Shown here: one piece after another, positions 37,172-46,614 of the stretch
How the letters are laid out: each line of letters begins with the position of its first letter
How positions within the stretch are numbered: the first letter of the stretch is position 1
From: a virus
DNA length: 64,000 nt
Reading direction: 5' to 3' (one strand)
Virus record (IMG/VR): IMGVR_UViG_3300031519_004559
Position numbers and translations under genes: made by a program
The notes under the pieces: generated by a model
Told to the model about the DNA's origin: nothing
What the model saw: the letters and a program-made list of their open reading frames with translations, nothing else
Database searches by the model: none

Positions 37172-38116
37172 ATGGCAGTTAGCGTAACTGATACAATCAC
37201 AGCAGCACAGTATAACGGTGTGCAAAGTAGAATTAACACTATATTAGGTGCAGGTTCTGGTGCTAATGGGTATGGCCAGGCAATGGCTAGTGGTCAAGTG
37301 GTCGTCGGTAATACAATTACTGCCGCACAATTTGATGCTTTAAGAACAGATTTAAATAAAGCAAATAATCACCAAAGTGGTGCAAATGCAGGTGTGGGAA
37401 ATATTGCCGCAGGACAAGTTATCGGTGCAGACACTAGTGGTGCTGCAACGACCGAAGGGTTCAATGACTATGACACAGCAACTAGTACTATTGAAACAAA
37501 CAGATATAATATTGACGGCGGCAATGCTACAGTAGAAGCAGGAATTACAGCCGCAAGAACTACAACGTGGAATGGTACAATTTCGCACATATTTACTGTA
37601 GGCTTTACTGATGCAAATGCAAGACGTTATTTCTTTAATTCCGGCGGTGAAATTCGGTTTAGTGCAGCTTTGTCAGGTCAATCTGGAGCAAAATCAAACG
37701 ATTGGGCAACCATGTTATCTAACATGGGCACAATTACTATGAATTATACTTCAACATCAGCAAGTGGTACTGGAACCGACACTACAATAGGTAATGATGA
37801 CCTAACAGGAACATATCAAACTATCTTTACAAGAACAGGTAGTGGTGTTTATGCTGAGAACGACTACAATATTGCTGCAAGATACGAAGGCACTGGCGGC
37901 AAAACGCTAAGATTTAGAATACAGTTTAGAGATGATGACGCTGGCGATCAGCGGCCCGCCAACGCCGGCGGCAGTGATGGTGTAGGTACTGCTGGCCCAG
38001 CTGTTGACGAATCTGTAAACGGAAATCTTTCAAGTACTATACAGCAACTACGAGCTACTGGTACCAACGTACAAGTTGTAACACCTGCTTATACTAACGC
38101 AACTACATTAGCATAA
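37172..38116 (+). CDS. Virion structural protein (tail/fibre associated)
   Basis: G/T/A/N-rich; duplicated TITAAQ(Y/F) motif; ARRYFFNSGGEIRF; last gene of the tail module. Confidence 0.6.
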   Translation: MAVSVTDTITAAQYNGVQSRINTILGAGSGANGYGQAMASGQVVVGNTITAAQFDALRTDLNKANNHQSGANAGVGNIAAGQVIGADTSGAATTEGFNDYDTATSTIETNRYNIDGGNATVEAGITAARTTTWNGTISHIFTVGFTDANARRYFFNSGGEIRFSAALSGQSGAKSNDWATMLSNMGTITMNYTSTSASGTGTDTTIGNDDLTGTYQTIFTRTGSGVYAENDYNIAARYEGTGGKTLRFRIQFRDDDAGDQRPANAGGSDGVGTAGPAVDESVNGNLSSTIQQLRATGTNVQVVTPAYTNATTLA

Positions 38117-38123
38117 AAAACAC

Positions 38124-38152
38124 TTGACATTCTCCTTTAACTAGTGTATAAT
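38124..38152 (+). promoter_or_regulatory. Consensus sigma70 promoter opening the biosynthetic island
   Basis: TTGACA (38124-38129) - 17 bp - TATAAT (38147-38152). Confidence 0.9.
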
Positions 38153-38168
38153 AACACTTAAAGGAGAA
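38130..38168 (+). promoter_or_regulatory. RBS-occluding hairpin
   Basis: TTCTCCTTTAA (38130-38140) is the perfect reverse complement of TTAAAGGAGAA (38158-38168), which contains the SD of ORF 38173; inner GTGT/ACAC pair. Confidence 0.75.
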
Positions 38169-38172
38169 CCTT

Positions 38173-38514
38173 ATGGACAGTCAGTTGTCAAGTGCATTAG
38201 AGTTTGCTAATTATACGCAAACTTTATACAATCAAAAAAAACTAGCCGAACAAACATTTTTAGATGCGTGTGTAATATATCGGAATGCCGGTAAGTTTAC
38301 AATTACAATACAACTAATTGTATTATGCCAAGGATATCGAAATCAGTCGAGCGTTATATTGTTAGACGACAATAATATTCCTATTAAATTAGACGATATA
38401 GGAGTTTTTGCACAAGAAATTCAAAAGAGCTACACAGCAGCAATTAGCACGTACTATGATGAGCATCAGCGTATTATATCTAACAAAGATGTTAAAGGCG
38501 TAATAGATGAATAA
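38173..38514 (+). CDS. Hypothetical protein, possibly DUF4376-like tail-fibre-associated
   Basis: Strong SD; ILLDDNNIPIKL followed by a C-terminal helix resembles DUF4376-type proteins (weak). Confidence 0.5.
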   Translation: MDSQLSSALEFANYTQTLYNQKKLAEQTFLDACVIYRNAGKFTITIQLIVLCQGYRNQSSVILLDDNNIPIKLDDIGVFAQEIQKSYTAAISTYYDEHQRIISNKDVKGVIDE

Positions 38515-39295
38515 AGGCATTTTACTGTTTGCTTTTAACAATGAAAAAATTGATTATGTAAAGCAAGCAAAATTTGTTGCTACCCGTGCAAAACAATACC
38601 TTAATCTTCCAACAACATTAGTAACTGATAGTCCTGTTGAAGACGAAGTATTTGATAACGTACGGATTGCAGTAGATAATCATCCAACAAATAATAAAAC
38701 ATATCGAGATAGAACCACTTCGACTGTGCTTAATTTTAAAAATAGAGCAAGAATGTATGCGTACGATCTTTCACCGTATGATAATACTATTCTTTTAGAT
38801 ACAGATATTGTTATTTGTAATGACCAATATAATAAAGTGTTTCAACAAACTGACGATTTGTTAATGTATAGCAATGCATACGATATTACAGGAAATAGAA
38901 ATAAGAACGAATTTACTTATGTAAGTGACATAGGTTGCAAATTTTACTGGGCAACGTGTGTGTATTTTGAAAAAACAAAAAGAACAAACATATTTTTTGA
39001 TTTGCTTAAACATATAAGCCAAAATTATTCATACTATAAAGTATTATATGAATTGCCTACAAAGGTATATCGCAACGATTATGCTTTTAGTATTGCTGTA
39101 CACATTATGAATAATTTTTCTACAAAGGCAATAGGAGAGTTTCCTGGAACCTTATATTATTCAACAGACAAAGACAGTATTATAAATTTTAATAATAATG
39201 ATATTTTGTTTTTATCTGAAAACAACAAGCCAATAAAAACAAAAGGCATGAATGTTCATTGTATGAATAAATTTAATTTGGAGAGCATTCTGTGA
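38507..39295 (+). CDS. GT-A fold glycosyltransferase (GT8-like)
   Basis: YDLSPYDNTILLDTD (DxD), RND..FSIA, C-terminal HCMNK. Confidence 0.75.
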   Translation: MNKGILLFAFNNEKIDYVKQAKFVATRAKQYLNLPTTLVTDSPVEDEVFDNVRIAVDNHPTNNKTYRDRTTSTVLNFKNRARMYAYDLSPYDNTILLDTDIVICNDQYNKVFQQTDDLLMYSNAYDITGNRNKNEFTYVSDIGCKFYWATCVYFEKTKRTNIFFDLLKHISQNYSYYKVLYELPTKVYRNDYAFSIAVHIMNNFSTKAIGEFPGTLYYSTDKDSIINFNNNDILFLSENNKPIKTKGMNVHCMNKFNLESIL

Positions 39296-40044
39296 AAGGA
39301 TACCTTTTATACGCCCAAGGCGATACTCATATAAATTATGCAATTCAGTGTGCATATAGCTTGCGTGAGATAGGTGATACAAAACCTATAAGTCTTGTTA
39401 CAGATAAGCCGTGTAATGATACTGTATTTGATAAAATTATTATCGTAAAAGAAAACACAGATAAGTTCCATGTTGTAAACAGATCTAATTTATGGAAGCA
39501 TAGTCCGTATGACGAAACTACTGTAATTGAAAGTGACTGTCTAGTAACGCAAAGTTTGGATACATGGTGGCAAGCAAATGCTGATAGAGATTTATCGTTT
39601 ATTAGTCAAGCATACACTTATAGACAGGAACCGTTAGATATTAGATTTGACAGAAGGACTTGGATACAAAACGATCTTCCTAGTTTGTATGTTGCATTTC
39701 ATTATTTTAAAAAGACATCGTTTGTTAAAGAATTTTTTGAGTTAGTTACTACAATTAACTCGCATGAAGAAATTACAAAAACGTTTCTTCCTAAAAGAAG
39801 TCCTAAAGTTCCGAGTATGGATGTAGCAATATGTTTAGCAACAAAATTTTTAGATTGTTATTATAAAGTTGCATACACAGCTAGTGATCCTATGTTTATA
39901 CATATGAAACCAAACGCCCAAAAGTTTGTAACGCCATCTACTAATTGGTCCGACAAAGTAGGATTTTATAAAAACGGTAGCGAAGTCTTTATTGGTAATT
40001 TTAAACAAACCGGAATACTTCATTATATTGAGGAGGTTGTGTAA
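39292..40044 (+). CDS. GT-A fold glycosyltransferase-like paralog
   Basis: SPYDETTVIESDC aligns with the neighbour's DxD region; FIHMK, ILHY; GTG start overlapping the previous stop. Confidence 0.7.
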   Translation: MKGYLLYAQGDTHINYAIQCAYSLREIGDTKPISLVTDKPCNDTVFDKIIIVKENTDKFHVVNRSNLWKHSPYDETTVIESDCLVTQSLDTWWQANADRDLSFISQAYTYRQEPLDIRFDRRTWIQNDLPSLYVAFHYFKKTSFVKEFFELVTTINSHEEITKTFLPKRSPKVPSMDVAICLATKFLDCYYKVAYTASDPMFIHMKPNAQKFVTPSTNWSDKVGFYKNGSEVFIGNFKQTGILHYIEEVV

Positions 40045-40526
40045 TGTATGTGTATTTTGAGAAAGAAACTAGAAATATACTGTCAATAACAAATGCCCTA
40101 AATGAGAATTTAGAAAACTTTGTAGTAAAGGACAAAGAAGAAGTTAAAGATTTTATTTCAGGCGCAAAGAACTTTGCACACTATGTTATAGATAAAGATT
40201 TTAACATAACAGAAATTAACACTAACACTACATCTTTTAACATAAATGAAGTATTGCATCATATTGTATCACAAGAAGATCCTGACCTAACAGTTATTCA
40301 TGATAGCAAATGGGCGTTCTCTATGCAAAAACCTGTTAGCGGAAATTTATTTTTTGCAGTTACAGAAAAACATAATCCGAACAAATTAATTAGAACAATA
40401 GCAATTCCAGCATCAAGTTTAGATTGCGAAATAGAGTTTAAATATGCAAGTGAACACAACATTAATAATATAAGCATTTGGATACTACATAAAACGTTTC
40501 CGGTATGTTCGTTGGAGGTAAAATGA
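40044..40526 (+). CDS. Hypothetical protein
   Basis: 160-aa ORF coupled to both neighbours; GAGGAGG SD. Confidence 0.7.
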   Translation: MYVYFEKETRNILSITNALNENLENFVVKDKEEVKDFISGAKNFAHYVIDKDFNITEINTNTTSFNINEVLHHIVSQEDPDLTVIHDSKWAFSMQKPVSGNLFFAVTEKHNPNKLIRTIAIPASSLDCEIEFKYASEHNINNISIWILHKTFPVCSLEVK

Positions 40527-43111
40527 GCCAAGAATTTAAAGTATACGATTATGATATAATTTATTTAAGTTACGACGAACCAAACGCAGAAGAAAACTAT
40601 TATCATCTAAAGCAAAACATCCCTTGGGCAAAACGTGTGCATGGTGTAGAAGGCAGCGATGCTGCTCACAAAGCATGTGCTAATATTGCAGAAACTGAAA
40701 GATTTATAACTATTGACGGCGACAATAAAGTTGATCCTAAGTTTGTAAATGAAGTTTTGCAGTTTGCAGATGACGTAGATTTAAGTAAGTGCGTGGTTAG
40801 TTGGAGTGGTTATAATATGATCAACGGACTAACCTACGGAAATGGCGGAATTAAATGCTGGCCGACTGATCTTGTAAAAACAATGCGCACACACGAAAAT
40901 GCTGATCCTAACAATCCACATGCACAAGTTGACTTTTGTTGGGACTTAGAATACTTACAAGTTGACAAAACTTACAGCTATGTTTACAATAATGCAACTC
41001 CGCATCAGGCTTGGAGGGCAGGTTTCCGCGAAGGTGTTAAGATGAGTTTGCTTGAAGGCATACCTGCTAGTAAAGATAAGTTTTGCGAGCAGGTGCCTAA
41101 GAAAAACTTTGATAGGTTAAAAATTTGGTGTACAGCAGGTGCTGATGTTAAAAACGGTCTATGGGCAATTTATGGAGCTCGCGAAGGCCTTTATAAAACA
41201 ATGTGTACAGACTGGGATCACGTTAATGTAAGAGACTTTGAGCATTTAAACGACCTATGGAATGATAAAGTACAAGACGAAAGCGACCTATTAGAAGCAA
41301 TTGAAGATTACGGTGAGCGACTATCAGTAGAACTAGATATGCCAATTCCTATAGACCCACTTAGCAAAGAACAAAGCAAGTTTTTTAAAGGTGTTTACTT
41401 GCCGCCGCAACGTACTCCGCAAACATTTCTTACAAACAAAGATACAGCAGAATATGACATTGTGATGATAAGTTACAAAGAACCTAATGCAGAAGAAAAC
41501 TTTGATAAACTTAAAAGACGGTTTCCGCGGGCCAAACGTGTACATGGAGTTAAAGGAATTCATCAAGCACATATTGAAGCAGCAAAATTATGCACTACTG
41601 ATCTAATTTGGATTGTAGATGCCGATGCCGATGTGCTTGATAGTTTTAACTTTGATTACAAGTCGCCCGATAAAGAAAAAAATTATGTAAAAGTATGGCG
41701 TAGTATAAATCCTATTAACAATTTAGAATATGGGTATGGCGGCGTTAAGCTATTCCCTCGTGAAGCAACATTAAATATGGATACTACTAGGGCTGATATG
41801 ACTACAAGTATTAGTAGACATTTTAAACCTATAAAGGTAGTAAGTAATATTACAGCATTTAACACAGATGCGTATAACGCATGGAAGGGTGCATTTAGAG
41901 AATGTGCAAAATTAAGTAGTAAGGTAATTGACAGACAAAAGGAGGATGAAACAAATGAAAGACTTAAAATTTGGACAACAGTGGGAAAAGACAAACCGTT
42001 CGGCGAATACTGTATTAACGGTGCTCGTGCTGGCATGGAGTTTGGTTTATCTGATGGCGCTGATCTTAAATTAATAAACGACTTTAATTGGTTAGAACAA
42101 CAGTTTAATAATCAAACTGTAGACGAAGATACTCTTACGGCAAGTCCTGAAGTATCGAATAATGATATTAAAGACTTATTAGATAGATTTGAACTCTTAT
42201 ATGGCGGTGACATAGAAAATGTTAGACGTTTTTATAATGATAAAGATTTGTCTAGCATATTTAAATTAACAGAAAATGAAGAATTAAGAAAAGCAGTAGT
42301 TGAAAAAAATCTACACAGTATTTTTAGATTAGTAGGCGGAGAAGAAGATCTGCGCAAGGCCGTATTAGATAATAACTTATACAGCCTTGCAAGGATTATG
42401 CCAGAAGTATCAGATGAATTTAAAATTGTAAATAATAATGATTTTTATGCCCTGTGGAAAGTGTTAGAAAAGTATACAAATAGTTCTTATATAAAACCGT
42501 TAAAGGCACTATACAATGATACAACCTTTGACACTGATAGTTTTAGTAGAGGACAACTAGAAAGCAAAAAGTGGTTAGTTGACACTGTTAAAGATCTTAA
42601 TTTAATATTAGGTAATATATTCTTGTGTGCAGGATGGTATGCAACTGTAATACCTATGTTACAAGATAATGAAATATCATTTAATAATGTTCGAAGTTTT
42701 GATTTAGATCCTAATGTTTGGAAAACAGCAGAGATTTTTAATAAAGCACTTACGTCTGATGGTTGGAAATTTAAAGCACAAACTCTCGACATTCAACTTT
42801 TAAAATATGACGGATTTGAATTTGAAACTATTAAAAGTAATGGTGACATAGAAGTTATAAAAGATAGTGCAAATACAATTATTAATACAAGTTGTGAACA
42901 CATAGAAAATTTTACAGACTGGTATGCAAAAATACCAAATGGTAAATTAGTTATACTACAAAGCAACAACTTTTTTGAAGTTGACGAACATGTAAACTGT
43001 GTGAATGATATTGACGAATTTAAAGAGATGGCACCTATGACTGAGTTACATTATATGGGCTCTAAAGATATGACTAAGTACACAAGATTTATGTTGATTG
43101 GAATAAAATGA
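40523..43111 (+). CDS. Tandem glycosyltransferase (two GT-A domains) fused to a class I SAM-dependent methyltransferase
   Basis: Two homologous domains (YDI..SY.EPNAEEN...AKRVHGV.G...AH...IDGD / VDAD); C-terminal CAGWY, SFDLDP, INTSCEH; start moved to the ATG at 40523 (GGAGG SD, ATGA overlap). Confidence 0.8.
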   Translation: MSQEFKVYDYDIIYLSYDEPNAEENYYHLKQNIPWAKRVHGVEGSDAAHKACANIAETERFITIDGDNKVDPKFVNEVLQFADDVDLSKCVVSWSGYNMINGLTYGNGGIKCWPTDLVKTMRTHENADPNNPHAQVDFCWDLEYLQVDKTYSYVYNNATPHQAWRAGFREGVKMSLLEGIPASKDKFCEQVPKKNFDRLKIWCTAGADVKNGLWAIYGAREGLYKTMCTDWDHVNVRDFEHLNDLWNDKVQDESDLLEAIEDYGERLSVELDMPIPIDPLSKEQSKFFKGVYLPPQRTPQTFLTNKDTAEYDIVMISYKEPNAEENFDKLKRRFPRAKRVHGVKGIHQAHIEAAKLCTTDLIWIVDADADVLDSFNFDYKSPDKEKNYVKVWRSINPINNLEYGYGGVKLFPREATLNMDTTRADMTTSISRHFKPIKVVSNITAFNTDAYNAWKGAFRECAKLSSKVIDRQKEDETNERLKIWTTVGKDKPFGEYCINGARAGMEFGLSDGADLKLINDFNWLEQQFNNQTVDEDTLTASPEVSNNDIKDLLDRFELLYGGDIENVRRFYNDKDLSSIFKLTENEELRKAVVEKNLHSIFRLVGGEEDLRKAVLDNNLYSLARIMPEVSDEFKIVNNNDFYALWKVLEKYTNSSYIKPLKALYNDTTFDTDSFSRGQLESKKWLVDTVKDLNLILGNIFLCAGWYATVIPMLQDNEISFNNVRSFDLDPNVWKTAEIFNKALTSDGWKFKAQTLDIQLLKYDGFEFETIKSNGDIEVIKDSANTIINTSCEHIENFTDWYAKIPNGKLVILQSNNFFEVDEHVNCVNDIDEFKEMAPMTELHYMGSKDMTKYTRFMLIGIK

Positions 43112-44208
43112 AAATAGGGTTTATTGGTCTAGGTAAGTTAGGATTACCGTGTGCTGAAGTAATTGCTAAAAATGGCCATGTAGTATTAGGATACGATATA
43201 ACACCGGTTAAGAGCAACTACGTCATAGTTGAAGATTCTATCAAAGAAACTGTTACACCAGCAGACATAGTTTTTGTTGCTGTTCCTACTCCGCACGATC
43301 CTGCATATGACGGCAAGGCACCTACTTCACATTTACAGCCTAAAGACTTTGATTATAGTATTGTAAAAGATGTACTTGTGGAAGCAAACAAACATATGAC
43401 AAATAATCAAATGATTGTATTAATTAGTACAGTATTACCAGGTACAGTACGTAGAGAATTTGCACCACTAGTAACTAATACTAGATTTGTTTACAATCCA
43501 TATTTAATTGCTATGGGTACAGTTGCATGGGATATGGTCAATCCTGAAATGATTATGATTGGCACAGACGATGGTAGCGAAACAGGTGATGCAAAACAAC
43601 TTGTAGATTTTTATAAATCAATAATGGAAAACAATCCTCGCTACGTAATTGGCACCTGGGACGAATGCGAGTGTATTAAAGTTTTCTATAATACATTTAT
43701 AAGCACTAAAATTGCCCTTGTAAACATGATACAAGACGTAGCAGTGCAACAGGGTAACATTAACGTAGACGTTGTTACAGACGCTTTGTCGCAAGCTACA
43801 CAGCGTATTATAAGTCCAGCGTATATGACAGCAGGGATGGGAGATGGCGGCGCATGTCATCCTAGAGATAATATTGCTCTGCGTTTTCTAGCAGAGAAGC
43901 TAGATTTAGGATACGACATGTTTGACGCAATAATGATAGCAAGAGAACAACAAGCACGGAACATGGCTATTGAAATTTTAAAACACGGCAATCGGACACA
44001 GTTTAGTAGCGACAGTTATAAACCGGGTGTTGAATATACTGACGGTAGTTACAGTCTATTAGTGCAACATTATGTAAAAGAACTTGGCGGACAGATTGTT
44101 GATAGCAACCCGTTGGTGTATGTTTTAGTTCATCCAACTTGCAGGCCAATAAATAATGTATATAACTTCGATCCATGGAACAACTACGGAGTAAAGTATG
44201 AAACTTAG
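43108..44208 (+). CDS. ugd: UDP-glucose/GDP-mannose family nucleotide-sugar dehydrogenase
   Basis: IGLGKLG, VPTP, STVLPGT, KVFYNT, GMGDGGACHPRD (catalytic Cys), YKPG. Confidence 0.9.
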   Translation: MKIGFIGLGKLGLPCAEVIAKNGHVVLGYDITPVKSNYVIVEDSIKETVTPADIVFVAVPTPHDPAYDGKAPTSHLQPKDFDYSIVKDVLVEANKHMTNNQMIVLISTVLPGTVRREFAPLVTNTRFVYNPYLIAMGTVAWDMVNPEMIMIGTDDGSETGDAKQLVDFYKSIMENNPRYVIGTWDECECIKVFYNTFISTKIALVNMIQDVAVQQGNINVDVVTDALSQATQRIISPAYMTAGMGDGGACHPRDNIALRFLAEKLDLGYDMFDAIMIAREQQARNMAIEILKHGNRTQFSSDSYKPGVEYTDGSYSLLVQHYVKELGGQIVDSNPLVYVLVHPTCRPINNVYNFDPWNNYGVKYET

Positions 44209-44413
44209 TTTGAGAGAAATGCAAAAAGAAAGTGCTAGGGCATTAAGCTCAATGCAAGCAACAAACAACAACATCTACCAATTTAATAAACAAGCACATC
44301 ACAACAGTCAAAATTGGTATGCAGCAGTAATAGATTGGTATGTTAATGAGCACGGAGACTTGCCTAGTAAAGTTGGCCCAGGCAAAGATATTAAATTGGT
44401 GCTAGATGATTAA
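44198..44413 (+). CDS. Hypothetical protein
   Basis: 71 aa, GGAG SD, coupled to neighbours. Confidence 0.65.
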   Translation: MKLSLREMQKESARALSSMQATNNNIYQFNKQAHHNSQNWYAAVIDWYVNEHGDLPSKVGPGKDIKLVLDD

Positions 44414-45447
44414 TGAAATATGCATTTATAGATGACATTCAATCGTGGGCAAAAACAGATATTAGTATGCTGCCAGAGATTGAAACACCCGATGATGTAC
44501 AAATATATCCTATTGAATATTCTCCGGGGATAGACGAACCGATTGATCAATGGATACAATTAGTAATAGACGGAACAAATAAACAGTTTATTAAACACAA
44601 TAATGTTAGAGTAGTACTTTTTGATTTATTTGAAGCAAGTAAATTTGTTTACAACGCTGCGAAATTATTAAACACCCATTTACAAAAGAAAATTTATGTA
44701 ATAACTTGTGATCAATTATTACCTAACCGATCTACTAAAGATTTACATTTTATTTTTCATAACTTTTGGAGCGGTCGTATGCTTCCGTCTAAACGTGTAT
44801 TATTTTCTAGCAAAAAATTATATATAAATTGTACTAGAGTAGTACGCCCTCATAGAGCACAATTAATAGAAGAATTAATTAACAACAATCTTTTTGACTT
44901 AGGATATAACACAATAAGTGATAAAGGTGGCGAGTTAACAAATTATCTTAATAAGACTACAACGTCAAGGATTCCTGATCAAAAATTTGATGTATTAGAT
45001 GTTAATAATTTAATTAATATAAATCCTAATAACTTTGTACCTATAAAACAATGTGAGAAATCTTTTGTGTATATTGCAACAGAAACATTGGTTGACAATA
45101 ATCGACTGTTCTTTTCAGAAAAAGTTTACAAACCAATTGCAATTGGAATGCCGTTCATGGTATTAGGTAATCCTGGAACATTAAAATCTTTAAAACAAAT
45201 GGGGTACAAGACTTTTGATAAATGGTTTAACGAAGACTACGACAACGATATTAATTTAGCAGATCGAATAAAAATCATTACAGATAATTTAAACTATTAT
45301 AGAAATTTTACAAAGCGTGAATTAGACGTTATAAGATTTGAAATGAAAGCAGTGACTACGCATAATCACAAAGTTTATAAGAAACGATGCGCAATCACTA
45401 ATTTAGAAAAACTAAAGACTGCTATACAAGGAATTATAAATGAATAA
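44413..45447 (+). CDS. Glycosyltransferase-like protein (GT10/GT-B-like C-terminus)
   Basis: IATET...FFSEKVYKPI...PFMVLG...GYKTF...EDYD resembles the fucosyltransferase-type E...(T/S)EK motif. Confidence 0.5.
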   Translation: MKYAFIDDIQSWAKTDISMLPEIETPDDVQIYPIEYSPGIDEPIDQWIQLVIDGTNKQFIKHNNVRVVLFDLFEASKFVYNAAKLLNTHLQKKIYVITCDQLLPNRSTKDLHFIFHNFWSGRMLPSKRVLFSSKKLYINCTRVVRPHRAQLIEELINNNLFDLGYNTISDKGGELTNYLNKTTTSRIPDQKFDVLDVNNLININPNNFVPIKQCEKSFVYIATETLVDNNRLFFSEKVYKPIAIGMPFMVLGNPGTLKSLKQMGYKTFDKWFNEDYDNDINLADRIKIITDNLNYYRNFTKRELDVIRFEMKAVTTHNHKVYKKRCAITNLEKLKTAIQGIINE

Positions 45448-45874
45448 AGGAACTATTATAGTAGTTGATGCCTGGAAGCATTGTGAAAGACCTGATATAA
45501 GACGCTTTCCGTACATTGAACAGGAAGCAAAATTATTTGGTAGCTTTTTAAATCTACGTTTAAAAAATTTAAGATCAAGCTATACGATTGTGCATTGTGC
45601 AGACGGTAGAGAGACAATGGACGAAATTAATACTTGGGAAGATATAGTAATCAATAAGATACACGAGACTCCGGATACCGGCGGCCCATACTACTTTTGT
45701 GGGTTTCATCTCGGACGCTGCATAGATAGAAAATATAACGAACTAGGCAGAACTTCACATATTATTGTAAATTTAAGTTTACTTTATCCCGGAGATGATT
45801 ATTATAAGATTGACAAAACTAAAAATTTGTGTTACAATACATATAGAGGGATGGAAAAATGCATTATGATTTAA
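45440..45874 (+). CDS. Small isochorismatase/cysteine-hydrolase-like protein
   Basis: IIVVDAW N-terminus and FCGFHLGRCI. Confidence 0.45.
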   Translation: MNKGTIIVVDAWKHCERPDIRRFPYIEQEAKLFGSFLNLRLKNLRSSYTIVHCADGRETMDEINTWEDIVINKIHETPDTGGPYYFCGFHLGRCIDRKYNELGRTSHIIVNLSLLYPGDDYYKIDKTKNLCYNTYRGMEKCIMI

Positions 45875-46614
45875 TTAATTTAGGCGGTGGAAACGGTTCA
45901 GGCGGAAATGCCTCCGGCACAACAATTAACTTTCCAAGTTCGTCTGACCAAAAGATGTGGCAAAAACTAAAACGTCGACAGGGTAAGCATTGGAAATATG
46001 CTAATCTTAGAAACGATCCTATAAAATTTACACATAATACTATGGGATACAGAACGCATGAATTTGACTTTGACAACGATGACGAATACATTATCCACAT
46101 TGGGTGTAGTAATACATACGGATTATACTTACATGAACACGAACGTGCTTCAAATCTTATAGAAAAGAATTTAGATATAAAAACCTACAATTTAGGACTA
46201 TGCGGCGGCAGTCCAAATTATATTATGATGAATATAGCTAACCTATTGTATAATGCATCAAAACGACCAAAGGCAGTAGTTATACAATGGCCAAGATCTA
46301 TGAGACTAAATCTTCCGTACACACATCCTAGAAGTGCTGTGATGCGTATAAGGCCTACTGAAAATCAAAAGGGATTTGAATCCTTTATACGAGACGAAAT
46401 TAACCCTATAGAAACACATTCTAAATGGAGCAGCCGTCACACTTTAAATTTATTAAATAGTTTTGATGTTACTACTATTCAATATTGCGTAGATCACGAA
46501 GCTAATTTGTACGGCATAACTGAAATTAACCGATTAGATACAGCATATGATAATAAACATATAGGCACATTAACTAATGAAAGTATTTTTAATTATGTTA
46601 AGGAACAGTTATAG
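45859..46614 (+). CDS. SGNH/GDSL hydrolase-like protein
   Basis: IGCSNTYG, NLGLCGGS, VVIQWP, DNKH. Confidence 0.65.
   Translation: MHYDLINLGGGNGSGGNASGTTINFPSSSDQKMWQKLKRRQGKHWKYANLRNDPIKFTHNTMGYRTHEFDFDNDDEYIIHIGCSNTYGLYLHEHERASNLIEKNLDIKTYNLGLCGGSPNYIMMNIANLLYNASKRPKAVVIQWPRSMRLNLPYTHPRSAVMRIRPTENQKGFESFIRDEINPIETHSKWSSRHTLNLLNSFDVTTIQYCVDHEANLYGITEINRLDTAYDNKHIGTLTNESIFNYVKEQL

Noticed and set aside
38130-38168. Hairpin as an intrinsic terminator of the tail operon
   Set aside because: No U-tract follows; the 3' arm is the SD, so RBS occlusion fits better.
44198-44413. Small ORF as a RiPP precursor for the SPASM-like enzymes
   Set aside because: No Cys-rich or repetitive core, it looks like a folded helical protein, and no RRE/PqqD domain, peptidase or exporter is visible.
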